Notes: generated by a model not told the origin, from the letters alone. A stretch of DNA of 64,000 nt from Anaeramoeba ignava BMAN (GCA_028826165.1 JAPDFW010000063.1:310001-374000), one strand, 5' to 3'; shown: positions 1-14,766, counted from the first letter of the stretch. Numbers and translations are program-made.

Positions 1-3000
1 GATTCTCGCTCTTATATCCATGTTTTTGAACCAAAATTCGAATTTGCTCCTTAAATCTTGCAATATCTTCCATCACACGGATTAACAATTGTTTATTATC
101 AATACACTGTTTTATAACTGTAGCTTGAGTTGAAACACTCTTGAAAAAACTTGAACTTGGTTGAGTAGGATATGTCTTAATAATCTCAGTCAGAATAAGA
201 AGAGTACTTGCTATGTTTTGTTTTTTCTGAAGTTCTAAAATGGCAGATGAAACAAACATTGTCTTGATATTTTCAGTGCAAGCGTTGCTATCAAAAATTG
301 TTTTTAAATTTTCAAATACTTGATTGCGCAGATCTAAATCAATTTTTTCTCCAATATATAAATTCCACATCAAAACTGTTGGATGAATATACTGCTGTTT
401 TATAGAATCTTTTGGTATATATTCCCCAATAGTTCCTATTGCCAAATTTTGTAAAAGTGTGAGTGTGTTGAAATCCCACTCTTTAATTTGCTTCATTTTG
501 GAAAATAAAACTTGAAATAATTTCTCTGGATTTCGAATTGTAATATCGCATAAAAGTTTATAAATGGCTTGAGCATTAATTTGATGTTGGCCCTAAATTT
601 ATTATATATTTTATTAAATATTTTATATTTATTTTTATTTATATTTTTTTTGATACAGATGCTTCGTTCCACATTTTAACAAAATCTTCCTCTGTAAACT
701 TATTGTTTGCAAGGAGAAAATTAATCAATTCATCTGATCTTCTTGTAATTTCATGATGCATTTTTGGTCCGAATAATAATCCCAAAATATCTTTATTTTC
801 CAACCATTTAAAAAATTTTCTTTTTTTTAAAATTAAAATTAAAATTAAAATTAAAAATATAAATATAAATATAAATATAAATATAAATATAAATAAAAAT
901 ATTTACTCTTTATCAACCCAATTTTTATGATGAATATAATTTCTGGGATAATTTTTAGAATCAGATAATTGAATAATTATTGTTTTAATGGTTGTTATTC
1001 CAGAAACTCTAAAATCTAGAAAAGATGATTCCATAAATCGATAAGCAAGATCTGGATAAAAGTCTGCTTTGAAATCATTTGTTATTTTGCGATCTAAACT
1101 TGTTACTGCTTTAAAAATTAATTTGGCTACATTTTTGATATTTGCTTCTCCCATTTTTCTAAGTTGTTGGAAATCAACAAGTGTAATTTTTTTTAAAAAA
1201 GCCTGTAAATATGGAGTAAGAACTTTTAAAAATTCTTGAGTATATTGATTAGAAATCTAAGAAAAAGAAATAAGAGATTATTATTATAATTTATATTTTA
1301 AATATTTATATTTATATTTATATTTATATTTTAAATATTTATATTTATATTTATATTTATATTTTAAATATTTATATTTATATTTATATTTATATTTTAA
1401 ATATTTATATTTATATTTATATTTTAAATATTTATATTTATATTTATATTTTAAATATTTATATTTATATTTATATTTTAAATATTTATATTTATATTTA
1501 TATTTTAAATATTTTGTTTTTGTTACTTTTTCAATGCATCTAAGGTAATTATAAGTAACTTCTTGAGTTAATTTATGATCTTCTGAAAGTAAAAATCTGA
1601 TCATTTTTTCAAAACCACGAATTCTTCCAAAATATTCGATATTTTCCAAAAAGAAAGAAGAGACATCTTTCATAGATTGCTATTAATATTAATTTTAAAT
1701 ATTATTTTAATTTTAAATTTTAAATATTATTATTTTTATTTAGAAATACTTTAACGAATCGGAAATTGAATTTATCCTCTTTAATTTCTTGATCTTTTTC
1801 GATTTCTTGATCTTTTTCGATTTCTTGATCTTTTTCGATTTCTTGATCTTTTTCAAGTTCCATTTTATCTGTATCAATTTTTAAATCTTCAAATTTAATT
1901 GGATCGAAAGGTTTTTGTAAGAATTGAGTTGTATCTTGAGATTCCCAAAAAGAAACAAAATCTCCCTAAAATTATTATAATTATTTTAATTTAAATTTTA
2001 AATTTTAATTTTAATATTAATTTTAATTTTAATTTTAATTTTAATATTAATTTTAATTTTAATTTTAATTTTAATTTTAATTTTAATTTTAATTTTAATT
2101 TTAATTTTAATTTTAATTTTAATTTTAATTTTAATTTTAATTTTAATTTCATTTTAATTTTAAATTTAATTTTAATTTTAATTTTAATTTTAATTTTAAT
2201 TTTAATTTTAATTTTAATTTTAATTTTAATTTTAAATTTAAATTTTAATTTTTTAATACATGGCACAAAGTAGTAGATTTCCAATTTGGATCTCCTTGAT
2301 ATTCATCAAAAAATCCTCTTTGTGGTTGACCAAATATTCTTGAAAGGCATATACCTAAACCTGCATATTCTTTTTCAATTTTTGAGTAAATAAGATCAAG
2401 GCATCTTTGATAAAATTGATTTATTCTTGGTGCAAATCCAATACTGATGTTCACTCTTTTCCAAAGAGTATTGATTAATTGATAAAAATAAGTTTTGAAA
2501 AAAAATGCTTCTTGTTCTGTTTCAACATTTCCTTTAATCATTTCAGACATTTCTTTTTCTATTTCTTCAATTGCTTCAAGTGGTTCAATTTCTATTATTT
2601 TTTTATAAATAAAATAATAAATAAAATAATAAAATTATAAATTAAAATATAAATAAAATTATAAATTAAATTATAAATAAAATTATAAATTAAAATATAA
2701 ATGCACTTATAAATAAAATTATAAATTAAATTATATATTAAATTATAAATAAAATTATAAATTAAATTATAAATAAAATTATAAATTAAATTATAAATAA
2801 AATTATAAATAAAAATATAAATAAAATTATAAATAAAATTATAAATAAAATTATAAATAAAATTATAAATAAAATTATAAATAAAATTATAAATTAAATT
2901 AATAAATAAAATTATAAATTAAATTATAAATAAAATTATAAATAAAATTATAAATAAAATTATAAATAAAAATTATAAATAAAATTATAAATTAAATTAT

Positions 3001-4026
3001 AAATAAAATTATAAATAAAATTATAAATTAAATTATAAATAAAATTATAAATTAAATTATAAATAAAATTATAAATTAAATTATAAATAAAATTATAAAT
3101 TAAATTATAAATAAAATTATAAATAAAATTATAAATAAAATTATAAATAAAATTATAAATAAAATTATAAATAAAATTATAAAATAAAATTATAAATTAA
3201 AATTATAAATAAAATTATAAATAAAATTATAAATAAAATTATAAATAAAATTATAAATAAAATTATAAATAAAATTATAAAAATAAATTATAAAATAAAT
3301 TATAAATTAAATTATAAATTAAATTATAAAAGAAAATGATAGAAAATTGTTAATTGGAATTTTTATTTTTATTATAAATAAAATTATAAATTAAATTATA
3401 AATTAAATTATAAATTAAATTATAAATTAAATTATTAATTAAATTATAAATTAAATTATAAATTAAATTATAAATTAAATTATAAATAAAATTATAAATT
3501 AAATTTATTAATAAAATTAATGAGAAAATGATAGAAAATTGTTAATTGGAATTTTTATTTTTATTATAAATAAAATTATAAATTAAATTATAAATTAAAT
3601 TATAAATTAAATTATAAATTAAATTATATATAAAATTATAAATTAAATTATAAATTAAATTATAAATTAAATTATAAATTAAATTATAAATTAAATTATA
3701 AATTAAATTATAAATTAAATTATAAATTAAATTATAAATTAAATTATAAATTAAATTATAAATTAAAATATAAATTAAATTATAAATAAAATTAATGAGA
3801 AAATGATAGAAAATTGTTAATTGGAATTTTTTATTTTTATTATAAATTAAATTATAAATTAAAGGAGAAAATATAATAAAAAAAATTTTTTTTTTGGTTA
3901 AATTAAAATTTTAAAAGGAAAAAAAAAAAATTTTTAAATAATAAAATAGAGAACATTACCAAGATTGAAAGCTTTTAAAATTTTTTGATAACGTGCAATT
4001 TGTGGGTTTATTTCTGTTGTTGTCAT
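1..4026 (-). CDS. USP9X/USP24/USP34-like ubiquitin C-terminal hydrolase, N-terminal ARM region (runs off window)
   Basis: Spliced in frame from ATG 4026 (MTTTEINPQ). Exons 4026-3960, 2591-2260, 1965-1750, 1679-1527, 1256-907, 819-657, 592-<1, all GT-AG. Motifs 'WLENKDILGLLFGPKMHHEITRRSDELINFL' and 'GQHQINAQAIYKLLCDI' resemble the USP9X/24/34 N-terminus. Catalytic domain not in window. Confidence 0.7.
2600..3860. repeat. 12-bp microsatellite (AAAT[A/T]AAATTAT)n filling intron 1 of the DUB gene
   Basis: Visible tandem units, with three copies of a ~45-bp interrupting motif (gaaaatgatagaaaattgttaattgg) near 3332, 3524 and 3799. Confidence 0.9.
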
Positions 4027-4223
4027 TTTATTTTTTTAAAATTATTTTTTAAGTTTTTTTTAATTAAAGAAAAAAAATGAAAAATAAAAAAGAGAAAAAA
4101 AAAATTTTTTAATTAAAAAAAAACAAAAGGAGAAAAATTTTATTTTTAATTATTTTTTTTTTCATTTTTTTTTATTTTTTTCTTTATTCTTTTTTCCCAT
4201 TAATTTTTTTTTTCAATTTAAAA

Positions 4224-7200
4224 ATGACTCAAAATATTTCTCCACAAAAATTACTTCAACTTACAACATCAAAAAGAGGGTTTCGAAGACCAAAACCAAA
4301 ATCACCATCAGTAACAAGAAAAGATAGTTTAAATTTAAAACAAACACAAAAACAAGAAATAAAAGCAAATTTAACTGAAAATGAAAAGAATCAAGAACAA
4401 GAAAAAATAATTCAAGAAGAATTAAAAAGAAAAGAAGAAGAAGCTAAAAAAAAAGAAGCTGAAGATAAATTATTAGAATTAAAACGTATTGAGTTTTTAA
4501 AAAAAGAAGAAGAAAGAAAAAGAGAAATTGAAAAACAAAAAGAATTGAATCGAAAAAAGAAAGCTGAAGAACGTAAAAAAAAAGAAGAACAAGAAAAAAA
4601 GAAGAAAGAAGCTGAAACCCTTAAAAAATTAGAAGAACAAAAAAGAGCAAATTCAACAGATAAAATTCAAAATCCAGAAGATTTAGTAAACAATCCAAAT
4701 TGGAATTCAACATGAAATTTAAAATTAAATTATAAATTAAAATTAAAATTAAAATTAAAATTAAAATTAAAATTAAAATTAAAATTAAAATTAAAATTAA
4801 AATTAAAATTAAAATTAAAATTAAAATTCAATTAAAATTAAAATTAAAATTAAAATTAAAATTAAAATTAAAATTAAAATTAAAATTAAAATTAAAATTA
4901 AAATTATTAAAATTATTAAAATTAAAATTAAAATTAAAATTAAAATTAAAATTTTAAAATTAAAAAAATTAAAATTAAAATAAAAATTAAAATCAAAATT
5001 ATAAATTAAAATTAAAATTAAAATTAAAATTAAAATTAAAATTAAAATTCAAATTATAATTAAAAATAAAATTATAATTAAAATTAAAATTAAAATTAAA
5101 ATTAAAATTAAAATTATAATTAAAATTAAAATTCAAATTAATATTAAAATTAAAATTAAAATTCAACAAAAGTTAAAGTGAGAATTCAAATACAAATTAA
5201 AATTAAAATTAAAATTAAATTTAAAATTAAAAATTTAATTACAAATTTTTATAGCCAGGTGAAATTGAAGATTCATATAAAGATCAAGAAACAAATTTAA
5301 CAGAATATATTCCAAAAGATGTAGAAGATCAAGAAAAAAAAATTGATACAAAAATTTGCAAGTTATTCAAAAAAGAAAAATAATTCAAAAAAAAAATAAT
5401 AATCAAAAAAATTCTTTTTTAATTAATAGTTTTAAAAGAAGATCCAGAAATTGATCGTTCAGAATGGGTTTCTAATGTTATGAGTAGAAATCCAGGAATT
5501 GAAAATCTTTATCAAAGACTTAATCCTTTAAGTAGAGCTCAAAAGTAATTTATTTATAAAAAAAATTTTGTTTTGATTAAATTATTTATATTATTTAAAT
5601 TATTTAGTTTTTGTTATTTATTTAATCCTGGATTTGCTGAAGTGAGAGAAAAATTAACAAAAGAAATGTTATTACAAATTATTATGCAACATTTTATGTG
5701 TCTTGGATTTAGAAAAACAAAAGCTATTTTAGAAGAAGAAAGCAAAGTAAAATGTAAATTATAAATAAAATCAAAATTAAATTTAAATTATAAATAAAAT
5801 ATAAATTATATTAAAATTAAATAAAATATAAAATAAAATCAAAATTAAAATTATAATTATAAATAAAATTAAAATTATAAATTAAATTATAAATTAAATT
5901 ATAAATTTAAAGATGAACCTCATTATTTAAAAGATTCTCGTCTTCAAACACTTCTTCGAATTTCTCTTCAAAAAATTGATTATATTTGGGAATTAACACA
6001 ATTAAAAACAAGAACTGAACAAGAAAATGAAGAAAGAGCAACAAAACTTGCAGAACATTTTACAAGTTTAGGGTAAAAAATTAATTTAATTTAAAATAAA
6101 TTTAAATTTGAAAAAATGAATTTAATTTAATTTGATTTAATTTAATTCAAAAATTTAGTCTTGAAGATGAAGATGAAGATGAACAAGAAGATGATATTTA
6201 TTTTTGGAAAGAACCTCCTGATTCAAATATTATTTATCAAGAAGATAAAGATACAGGAGAACAAAAAAAAATAAAAGCAGCAAGTCTTAATAAATTAGTT
6301 GAACGTTTAACACATGAACAAGAACATAGTCTTCCTTATCTTGAAACTTTTTTAATGACTTATCAATCATTTACAACACCAAAAATGCTTTTAAGGAAAT
6401 TAATTCAACGGTATTTTTAAAAATTAAAATTCATTTTGAAATTAAAATTAAAATTCATTTATAAAATTAAAATTAAAATTCATTTTGAAATTAATATTAA
6501 AATTAAAATTCATTTTGAAATTAATATTAAAATTCATTTTGAAATTAATATTAAAATTCATTTTTAAAATTAAAATTAAAATTCATTTTGAAATTAAAAT
6601 TAAAATTCATTTTAAAATTAAAATTAAAATTCATTTTGAAATTAAAATTAAAATTCATTTTGAAATTAAAATTAAAATTCATTTTGAAATTAAAATTAAA
6701 ATTCATTTTGAAATTAAAATTAAAAGTTGGCACGTTCCAAAATCAAAAAATATGGCTGATGAAATATTCCGCCCTAAAAAAAGATCAATTCAATTAAGAG
6801 TATGTAACGTAATCAAAAATTGGATCGAAAAGCATTATTCAGATTTTCAAACGAAACTGAAAAAAGAAATGTTAGATTTCATTGAGAACACAATCGCAAC
6901 TGATGGACATGTTTCATTATCAAATCAATTAAAAAACCTACTTTTAAGCGGACCTAAAACAACAGTACAAATCAAGCAATCAGGAAACAACGTGAAATCA
7001 TTTGAAGATCAAAAATTAACGGCACCAGAACCAAAAGTGCCAAAAAATATATTCAGTCCAACTTTATCACTTTTTGATGTTGATGAAGAAGAAATTGCAA
7101 GACAATTAACAATAAGAGAATTCTCAATTTACTCTGCAATAAAACCGCCCGAATTATTGAACCAAGCATGGAGCAAAGCTAAATACAAGCATCGGGCAAC

Positions 7201-7801
7201 AAATGTTTTAATGCTCATTAACCGCTTTAATGAAGTCTCCGCTTGGGTCGCAACAACAATTGCCAAAGCGGATAGAATTAGGGTCAGAGTCAAAGTTCTT
7301 TCCAAATTTATCCGACTTTGTGAGCATTTGAATGAACTCAATAATTTTAATACTTTAATGGCTGTTCTTGCAGGAATTAATAATTCTGCTATTTATAGAC
7401 TTAAACATACTTGGGAAGATCTTCCAAAACGCTTCCAAGATTCATTTGCAGAATTATCAAAAAAAATGGCATCAGATTCTTCTTATAAAAATTTAAGAGA
7501 AGCTTTAATGCAAGTTAATCCTCCTTGTATCCCTTATTTGGGTGTTTATTTGACTGATATCACTTTTATTGAAGATGGAAATCCTGATAAAATTGATAAT
7601 CTTATTAATTTTTATAAACGTGTTTTAGTTAGTAAAGTTATCATTAATTTGCAACAATATCAACAAATGGGTTATAATTTTCAACCTGTTCATCAAATCC
7701 AAATATTATTCCAAAAATTCCAAAAATGGGATGATGCTGAGATTTACAAAAAGTCTTTATTGATTGAACCAAGAAATACTGATCGTTCGGAAATTCTTTA
7801 A
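4224..7801 (+). CDS. RasGEF with coiled coil, LisH, REM and CDC25 domains (Dictyostelium Aimless/GefA-like architecture)
   Basis: 7 exons. Introns 4686-5254, 5358-5429 (GC-AG), ~5545-5607, ~5754-5912, ~6073-6158, ~6411-6726. LisH 'LLQIIMQHFMCLGFRKTKAILEEES', REM 'IKAASLNKLVERLT..FLMTYQSF', CDC25 'EIARQLT', 'LNNFNTLMAV', 'PPCIPYLGVYLTDITFIEDGNPD'. Confidence 0.92.
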
Positions 7802-7929
7802 ACATTTTTTCCTTCTTTTTCTTTTTCTCCTTTTTTTCTTTCTGAATTTGTTTTTCTTTTCTTTTCTTTTCTTTTTTTTTCTTTTTTGGATTCTTGAAAT
7901 CTAATTGAATAATGAAAGAATTTTTCAAA

Positions 7930-10207
7930 TTTTATATCAATTTTAAATCAATTTTATATTAATTTTATATTAATTTTAAATCAATTTTAAATTAATTTTA
8001 ATTCAATTTTATATCAATTTTATATCAATTTTAAATCAATTTTAAATCAATTTTAAATCAATTTTATATCAATTTTAAACCAATTTTAAATTAATTTTAA
8101 ATCAATTTTATATTAATTTTATATCAATTTTAAATCAATTTTAAATCAATTTTATATCAATTTTATATTAATTTTATATCAATTTTAAATCAATTTTATA
8201 TCAATTTTATATCAATTTTAAATCAATTTTATATCAATTTTATATCAATTTTATATCAATTTTAAATTAATTTTATATCAATTTTAAATCAATTTTAAAT
8301 CAATTTTAAATCAATTTTAAATCAATTTTATATCAATTTTAAATTAATTTTAAATCAATCTTAAATCAATTTTAAATCAATTTTATATCAATTTTAAATC
8401 AATTTTATATCAATTTTAAATCAATTTTATATCAATTTTAAATCAATTTTATATCAATTTTAAATCAATTTTATATCAATTTTAAATCAAATTTAAATTA
8501 ATTTTAAATCAATTTTATATCAATTTTAAATCAATTTTAAATCTATTTTAAATCAATTTTATATCAATTTTATATCAATTTTAAATCAATTTTAAATTAA
8601 TTTTAAATCAATTTTATATCAATTTTATATCAATTTTAAATCAATTTTAAATCAATTTTAAATCAATTTTATATCTATTTTATATCAATTTTAAATCAAT
8701 TTTAAATCAATTTTAAATCAATTTTAAATCAATTTTAAATCAATTTTAAATCAATTTTAAATCAATTTTAAATCAATTTTAAATCAAATTCTAATTCAAA
8801 TTCTAATTCTAATTCTATTTTAAATTCTATTTTAAATTAATTTTATATCAATTTTATATCAATTTTAAATCAATTTTATATTAATTTTAAATCAATTTTA
8901 AATCAATTTTATATCAATTTTATATTAATTTTAAATCAATTTTAAATCAATTTTAAATTAATTTTATATCAATTTTATATCAATTTTAAATCAATTTTAT
9001 ATCAATTTTATATAAATTTTATATCAATTTTATATTAATTTTAAATCAATTTTTAAATTAATTTTAAATCAATTTTATATCAATTTTAAATCAATTTTAT
9101 ATCAATTTTAAATCAATTTTTAAATCAATTTTATATCAATTTTAAATCAAATTTAAATTAATTTTAAATCAATTTTAAATCAATTTTATATTAATTTTAT
9201 ATCAATTTTAAATAAATTTTATATCAATTTTAAATCAATTTTTAAATCAATTTTATATCAATTTTAAATCAATTTTTAAATCAATTTTTATCAATTTTAA
9301 ATCAATTTTAAATTAATTTTAAATTAATTTTAAATCAATTTTATATCAATTTTATATCAATTTTATATCAATTTTAAATCAAATTTAAATTAATTTTAAA
9401 TCAATTTTATATCAATTTTATATCAATTTTAAATCAATTTTAAATCAATTTTAAATCAATTTTATATCAATTTTATATCAATTTTATATCAATTTTATAT
9501 CAATTTTATATTAATTTTAAATCAATTTTATATCAATTTTATATCAATTTTATATCAATTTTATATCAATTTTAAATCAATTTTATATCAATTTTATATC
9601 AATTTTATATTAATTTTAAATCAATTTTAAATCAATTTTAAATCAATTTTATATCAATTTTAAATAAAATTTTAAATCAATTTTAAATCAATTTTAAATC
9701 AATTTTAAATCAATTTTATATCAATTTTAAATCAATTTTATATAAATTTTATATCAATTTTATATCAATTTTAAATCAATTTTAAATCAATTTTAAATCA
9801 ATTTTATATTAATTTTAAATTAATTTTATATTAATTTTATATCAATTTTATATTAATTTTATATCAATTTTATATCAATTTTAAATCAATTTTAAATTAA
9901 TTTTATATCAATTTTATATCAATTTTATATTAATTTTAAATCAATTTTATATCAATTTTAAATCAATTTTAAATCAATTTTAAATCAATTTTAAATCAAT
10001 TTTAAATCAATTTTATATCAATTTTATATCAATTTTAAATTAATTTTAAATCAATTTTAAATCAATTTTATATCAATTTTAAATCAATTTTATATTAATT
10101 TTATATCAATTTTAAATCAATTTTATATCAATTTTATATCAATTTTAAATCAATTTTATATTAATTTTATATTAATTTTATATCAATTTTATATCAATTT
10201 TAAATCA
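7930..10207. repeat. ~2.3-kb 11-bp satellite A[A/T]AT[C/T]AATTTT, intergenic
   Basis: About 200 tandem units with two biallelic positions. Confidence 0.95.
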
Positions 10208-10362
10208 AATTCTAATTCAAATTCTATTTCTAATTCTAATTCTAATTCAAATTCTTATTTTGTTTTTGGATAATTTTTTTTTTTGCTTTTTGATATTTTT
10301 TCTTTCATTTTTAAAAAAAAATTTTATTTTTTACTTTGCTTTTTTTTTTATTATTCAACTAA

Positions 10363-10935
10363 ATGTCCGAAACAAGATTAGTTGTAGTAGGATCAGGAGC
10401 AGTTGGTAAATCAGCTTTAACAATACGATTTGTTCATTCACAATTTATTGAAACATATGAACCAACAATAGAAGAAACATTCCGAAAACAAATTGAATTA
10501 GAAGGAAGAAATTGTTATTTAGAAATATTGGACACAGCAGGTCAAGAAGAATATGCTTTAATGAGGGATTCTTACATGAGAAATGGTGATGGATTTCTTG
10601 CAGTTTTTTCAATTGTGAAAAAAACAACTTTTGAAGAAATTCAAAGAATTCATACTTTGATTTTAAGAACAAAAGAAACTGATTTTGTTCCAGTTGTTCT
10701 TGTTGGTAATAAAGTTGATTTGGAAAATCATGAAATTACTCAAAAAGATGCTGAAAATTTAGCTTCTTCTTGGAAATGCCCTTATATTGAAACTTCTGCT
10801 AAAACTAATTTTAATGTTGAAAATGCTTTTTTTACTGCTGTTAAAGAAGTTTGGAAAACTAAATCTGATTATAATTCTAATAGTACTCATGTTTTCAAAG
10901 AAAGACAACATAAAAAGAAGTGTTTTTTAATTTAA
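10363..10935 (+). CDS. Ras-family small GTPase
   Basis: GSGAVGKS, YEPTIEE, DTAGQEEY, NKVD, ETSAK motifs; polybasic tail plus CAAX (KKKCFLI). Intronless. Confidence 0.95.
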   Translation: MSETRLVVVGSGAVGKSALTIRFVHSQFIETYEPTIEETFRKQIELEGRNCYLEILDTAGQEEYALMRDSYMRNGDGFLAVFSIVKKTTFEEIQRIHTLILRTKETDFVPVVLVGNKVDLENHEITQKDAENLASSWKCPYIETSAKTNFNVENAFFTAVKEVWKTKSDYNSNSTHVFKERQHKKKCFLI

Positions 10936-11210
10936 AATTTACAAAAACAAATTAAAAAAACAATTTAAAAGGAAAAGGGAAAATCAATTATAATTATATT
11001 TTTTATTTTGGAAAAACCAAACAAAACAAAATTTAAAATAAAATTTAAAATAAAATTCTTTTTTATTTTCTTTATTTCTCTAAAAAGTTTTTTTTAATAT
11101 TATTTTAATATTATTTTAATTTGATTTTAATTTTGATTTGATTTTGATTTGATTTCATGTAAAAGTCTATTTTTATTTCATTTCAATTTCATTTCAATTT
11201 CATGTAAAAG

Positions 11211-11768
11211 TCAATTATCACTTTCATCTTCATCTTCATCTTCATCTTCATCTTCATCTTCATTTTCATTCATAATCACCTCATTATTTTTTGAATTATT
11301 TTGAGAAATTTTTTCTTTTTCTTTCGCAATAATTTTTTGCGCAAACTCCCTCGACAAAGGAGAAACAATCAAATCAATTCCTTGATCCAATTCCTTCAAT
11401 TTTTCAGTTTTCTCTTTTTCAAATTTTCCTTTCATTCGTTGAGCATAAAATCTTTTTTGTCTTTTATCTTTAATATCATCAACTATTTTCATCACTCGAA
11501 TACTTTGCTGAACAAGTTCCCTATTATATCTCACTGGTTCATTTCTTCTTTTTTCAAATTCAAGTGTCGCATCAACCGTCATTTCTTTTCCTGCTAATTT
11601 TCTAAATGATTTTGTCCATCTTGTTTTTCTTGGATTTCTTTTTCGGAAAAAATTTTTTCGGCATTTTGAACGACAAAACCGAAATGTTTTCGAATCGTTT
11701 CTTACAAACATAGTCCCATGTCCGGGATAGCATTTTGAACCACAAAAAGAACAAACGTCTATTCTCAT
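11211..11768 (-). CDS. RLP24: Ribosome biogenesis protein RLP24/RSL24D1
   Basis: [69 protein letters not shown]. Confidence 0.95.
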   Translation of the reverse strand: MRIDVCSFCGSKCYPGHGTMFVRNDSKTFRFCRSKCRKNFFRKRNPRKTRWTKSFRKLAGKEMTVDATLEFEKRRNEPVRYNRELVQQSIRVMKIVDDIKDKRQKRFYAQRMKGKFEKEKTEKLKELDQGIDLIVSPLSREFAQKIIAKEKEKISQNNSKNNEVIMNENEDEDEDEDEDEDESDN

Positions 11769-11942
11769 ATTTTATTTATTTTCTAATAAAAAGAATTTGA
11801 AAAAAAAAATGAAAAAATTTTTTTAATTTTTTTTTTCATTTTTTTTCAAAACAATATTAAACAAAGTAAGAAATTATAAATTATAAAATTTTTGCATATA
11901 AACATTTATAAAATTCAAAATCCAAATCATTTCTTCAACTAA

Positions 11943-13593
11943 AATTTAAATGGAAAAGCAATAGAATATTTAAATGAAAAATATTCAAAACAAAATCCTT
12001 CAAAAATCCAAATTGAAGAAAATATTCAAAAAGTAACTGTTGGTTCTTTAAATGAAGCTATTTTAACAATAGAAGGAAATGTATTTGCCAAAGGAGAAGA
12101 TATTAATACAAATAATCCAAAAGAATTTATCAATATTTCATCATTAATTGAAGATAAAAATGATAGAATAATTCAAGATATTGTTTCTGGATATTATTCA
12201 GTTTACTTATTAACTTCAAATCAAAATGCTTATGGAATTGGTTCAAATGATTATGGTCAACTTGGTTTTGATTCTGAAACACTTAATGAAACAGAAAAAC
12301 CAATTTTAATGATGAAAAATGTTTCTAAAATATTTTCAGGAAATTCTTCAATTCATGTTTTTCTTTTAAATTCAAATCAAGAATTATTTGGATGCGGGTA
12401 TAATCATTATGGTCAACTTGGATTAGGAGAATCAAGAAAAAAAGAAATAAAAATCCAAAAATTAACCAAAATCCAAAATATTCCAAAAGGTAAAATAATT
12501 GATATTAAATGTGGATATTACCATTCAATAATGTTGATTGAAAATCAAAATGAAAATCAAAAAAGAAAACTTTATTCATGTGGATATTATGATTATAATG
12601 GACTTGGCAAAAATGAAGATACTTATGAATTTACTGAAATCAAATCATCTTTATTTGAAAATGATGATAATATTCTTGATTTTTCTGTTGGAAATGCTCA
12701 TACTTTGATTTTAACTTCCAATTTAAAATTAATAGTATTTGGAGATAATGGAGATAGTCAATTAGGAACTAGATATACAAATACACAATCAGTTCCAATT
12801 CAAATTGAACTTCCTAAATTAAGATTTAATGAAAATATTTCTAATTATCTTATTTCTTGTGGATATGACAAATCATTTCTTTATTACTCTTTTCCTCCTT
12901 TTTCCAATCTTGAAGAAGATTTGATAAAATTATTTAGAAGAAAAGAATTTTGTGATACTTCATTTAAAACAGAAAATGGAGAAATAATCAAAGCTCATAA
13001 ATTAATATTGAAATATAGATTAAATCAAAATCAAAATCAAAATCAAATTGAAAAACTTCAAGAAATTATTTCAAAAAAATCAATTAAAGAATCAAATCAA
13101 ATATTTGAAATGATTTATTCAAACAATTCCAAAATAAATCCAAAATTATATTCAGAAATTAAAGAAATTATAAATTTAAATAAAAAAATAGAAGAAACAA
13201 TGAAAAGAATTTATTTAAATGAAAATGAAAATGAAAATGAAAAAGATTTTATTATTGAAAGAAAAGAAAAGCAATATAAATTTCCTAAATTAATATTAAT
13301 AATGAGAAGTGAATTATATCGAGGAATGTTTTTATCTGTAACTGAAGATAAATCAAATAAAGTTACAGATTATAGTGAATTAAGTAATAAATCATTTCAA
13401 ATATTTGAATATTGGATTTATTCAAATCAAATTAAAGATGAAATTCAAATTACACAAGAAATTCATTGATGAAATTCAATTTGGAATTGATTATTTTCAA
13501 TTAAATCAAACAAATCCAAATTTATTTGATTTATTAATTAACAAATTTAATAATCAAAATCAAGAAAAGAAAATAAGAATAGATTTAATTTAA
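11943..13593 (+). pseudogene. RCC1-repeat + tandem BTB gene, 5'-truncated and frameshifted
   Basis: Homology to the 56042 and 58140 paralogs starts abruptly at 'NGKAIEY' (11949) with an upstream in-frame stop and no ATG. Extra C near 13464 (attcattgat vs attattgat in paralog). The 3' end runs into the 143-bp satellite. Confidence 0.75.
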
Positions 13594-14357
13594 TATTTAA
13601 TTTATAAATTAATTTATAAATATAATTTAATAATTTAATGTTTTAGGTTTAAAATATTTAAAATTTAATATAAATTTAAGAATAGATTTAATTTAATATT
13701 CAATTTATAAATTATTTAAAAAAAATTTATATTTAACTATTATTAAATATTTAATGTTTTAGATTTAAATATTTTATTATTTAGATATTTAACATATAAA
13801 TATAAAAATAAGAATAGGTTTAATTTAATATTTAATTAATAAATTTATTTAAAAATATAATTTAATATTTAATTTTTATGTTTAAAATAATAATTTAATG
13901 TTTTAGATTTAAATATTTTATTATTTAAATATTTAACATATAAATATAAAAATAAGAATAGATTTAATTTAATATTTAATTTATAAATTGATTTAAAAAT
14001 ATAATTTAATATTTAATTCTATTATTAAAATAATAATTTATTGTTTTAGATTTAAATATTTTATTATTTAAATATTTAACATATAAATATAAAAATAAGA
14101 ATAGGTTTAATTTAATATTTAATTAATAAATTTATTTAAAAATATAATTTAATATTTAATTTTATGTTTAAAATAATAATTTATTGTTTTAGATTTAAAT
14201 ATTTTATTATTTAAATATTTAACATATAAATATAAAAATAAAAATTGATTTAATTTAATATTTAATTTATAAATTTATTTAAAAATATAATTTAATATTT
14301 AATTTTATGTTTAAAATAATAATTTATTGTTTTAGATTTAAATATTTTATTATTTAA
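13570..14357 (+). repeat. ~143-bp AT-rich tandem satellite (~5.5 units)
   Basis: Recurring 'tttaacatataaatataaaaataagaatag' and 'tgttttagatttaaatattttattattt'. Reverse complement of the 26291-28246 array. Confidence 0.9.
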
Positions 14358-14766
14358 AAATATTTTGAAAATTGATTTTTTTGAAATTAAAATTTTATCT
14401 TTTTTTTTGAATTAAATTGAATTAATATTAATTTGGAAATTTGTTTTAAAATTTAAATTTATTAATAATTTTTAAATTCCAAAAAAAAAAATTAAATTAA
14501 AAATTAAATTAAAATAATTTTCCTTTTTTTTTTAATAAAAAAAATTAATAAAAAATAATAATAATTTATTAATAAATTAATTTAAAATAATTAAAAAGAA
14601 AATTAAATTAATTATTAATTTAAATTTATTCTTATTTTTTATATTTTTATTTATTTTCAAAATCCACTTTTTTTATTCATTTTTTTTTGCTTTTTTTTTT
14701 TCATTTTTTTCCTTTTTTTTTAAAACAAAAACAAAACACAAAACACAAAAAACACAAAAAAACAAA

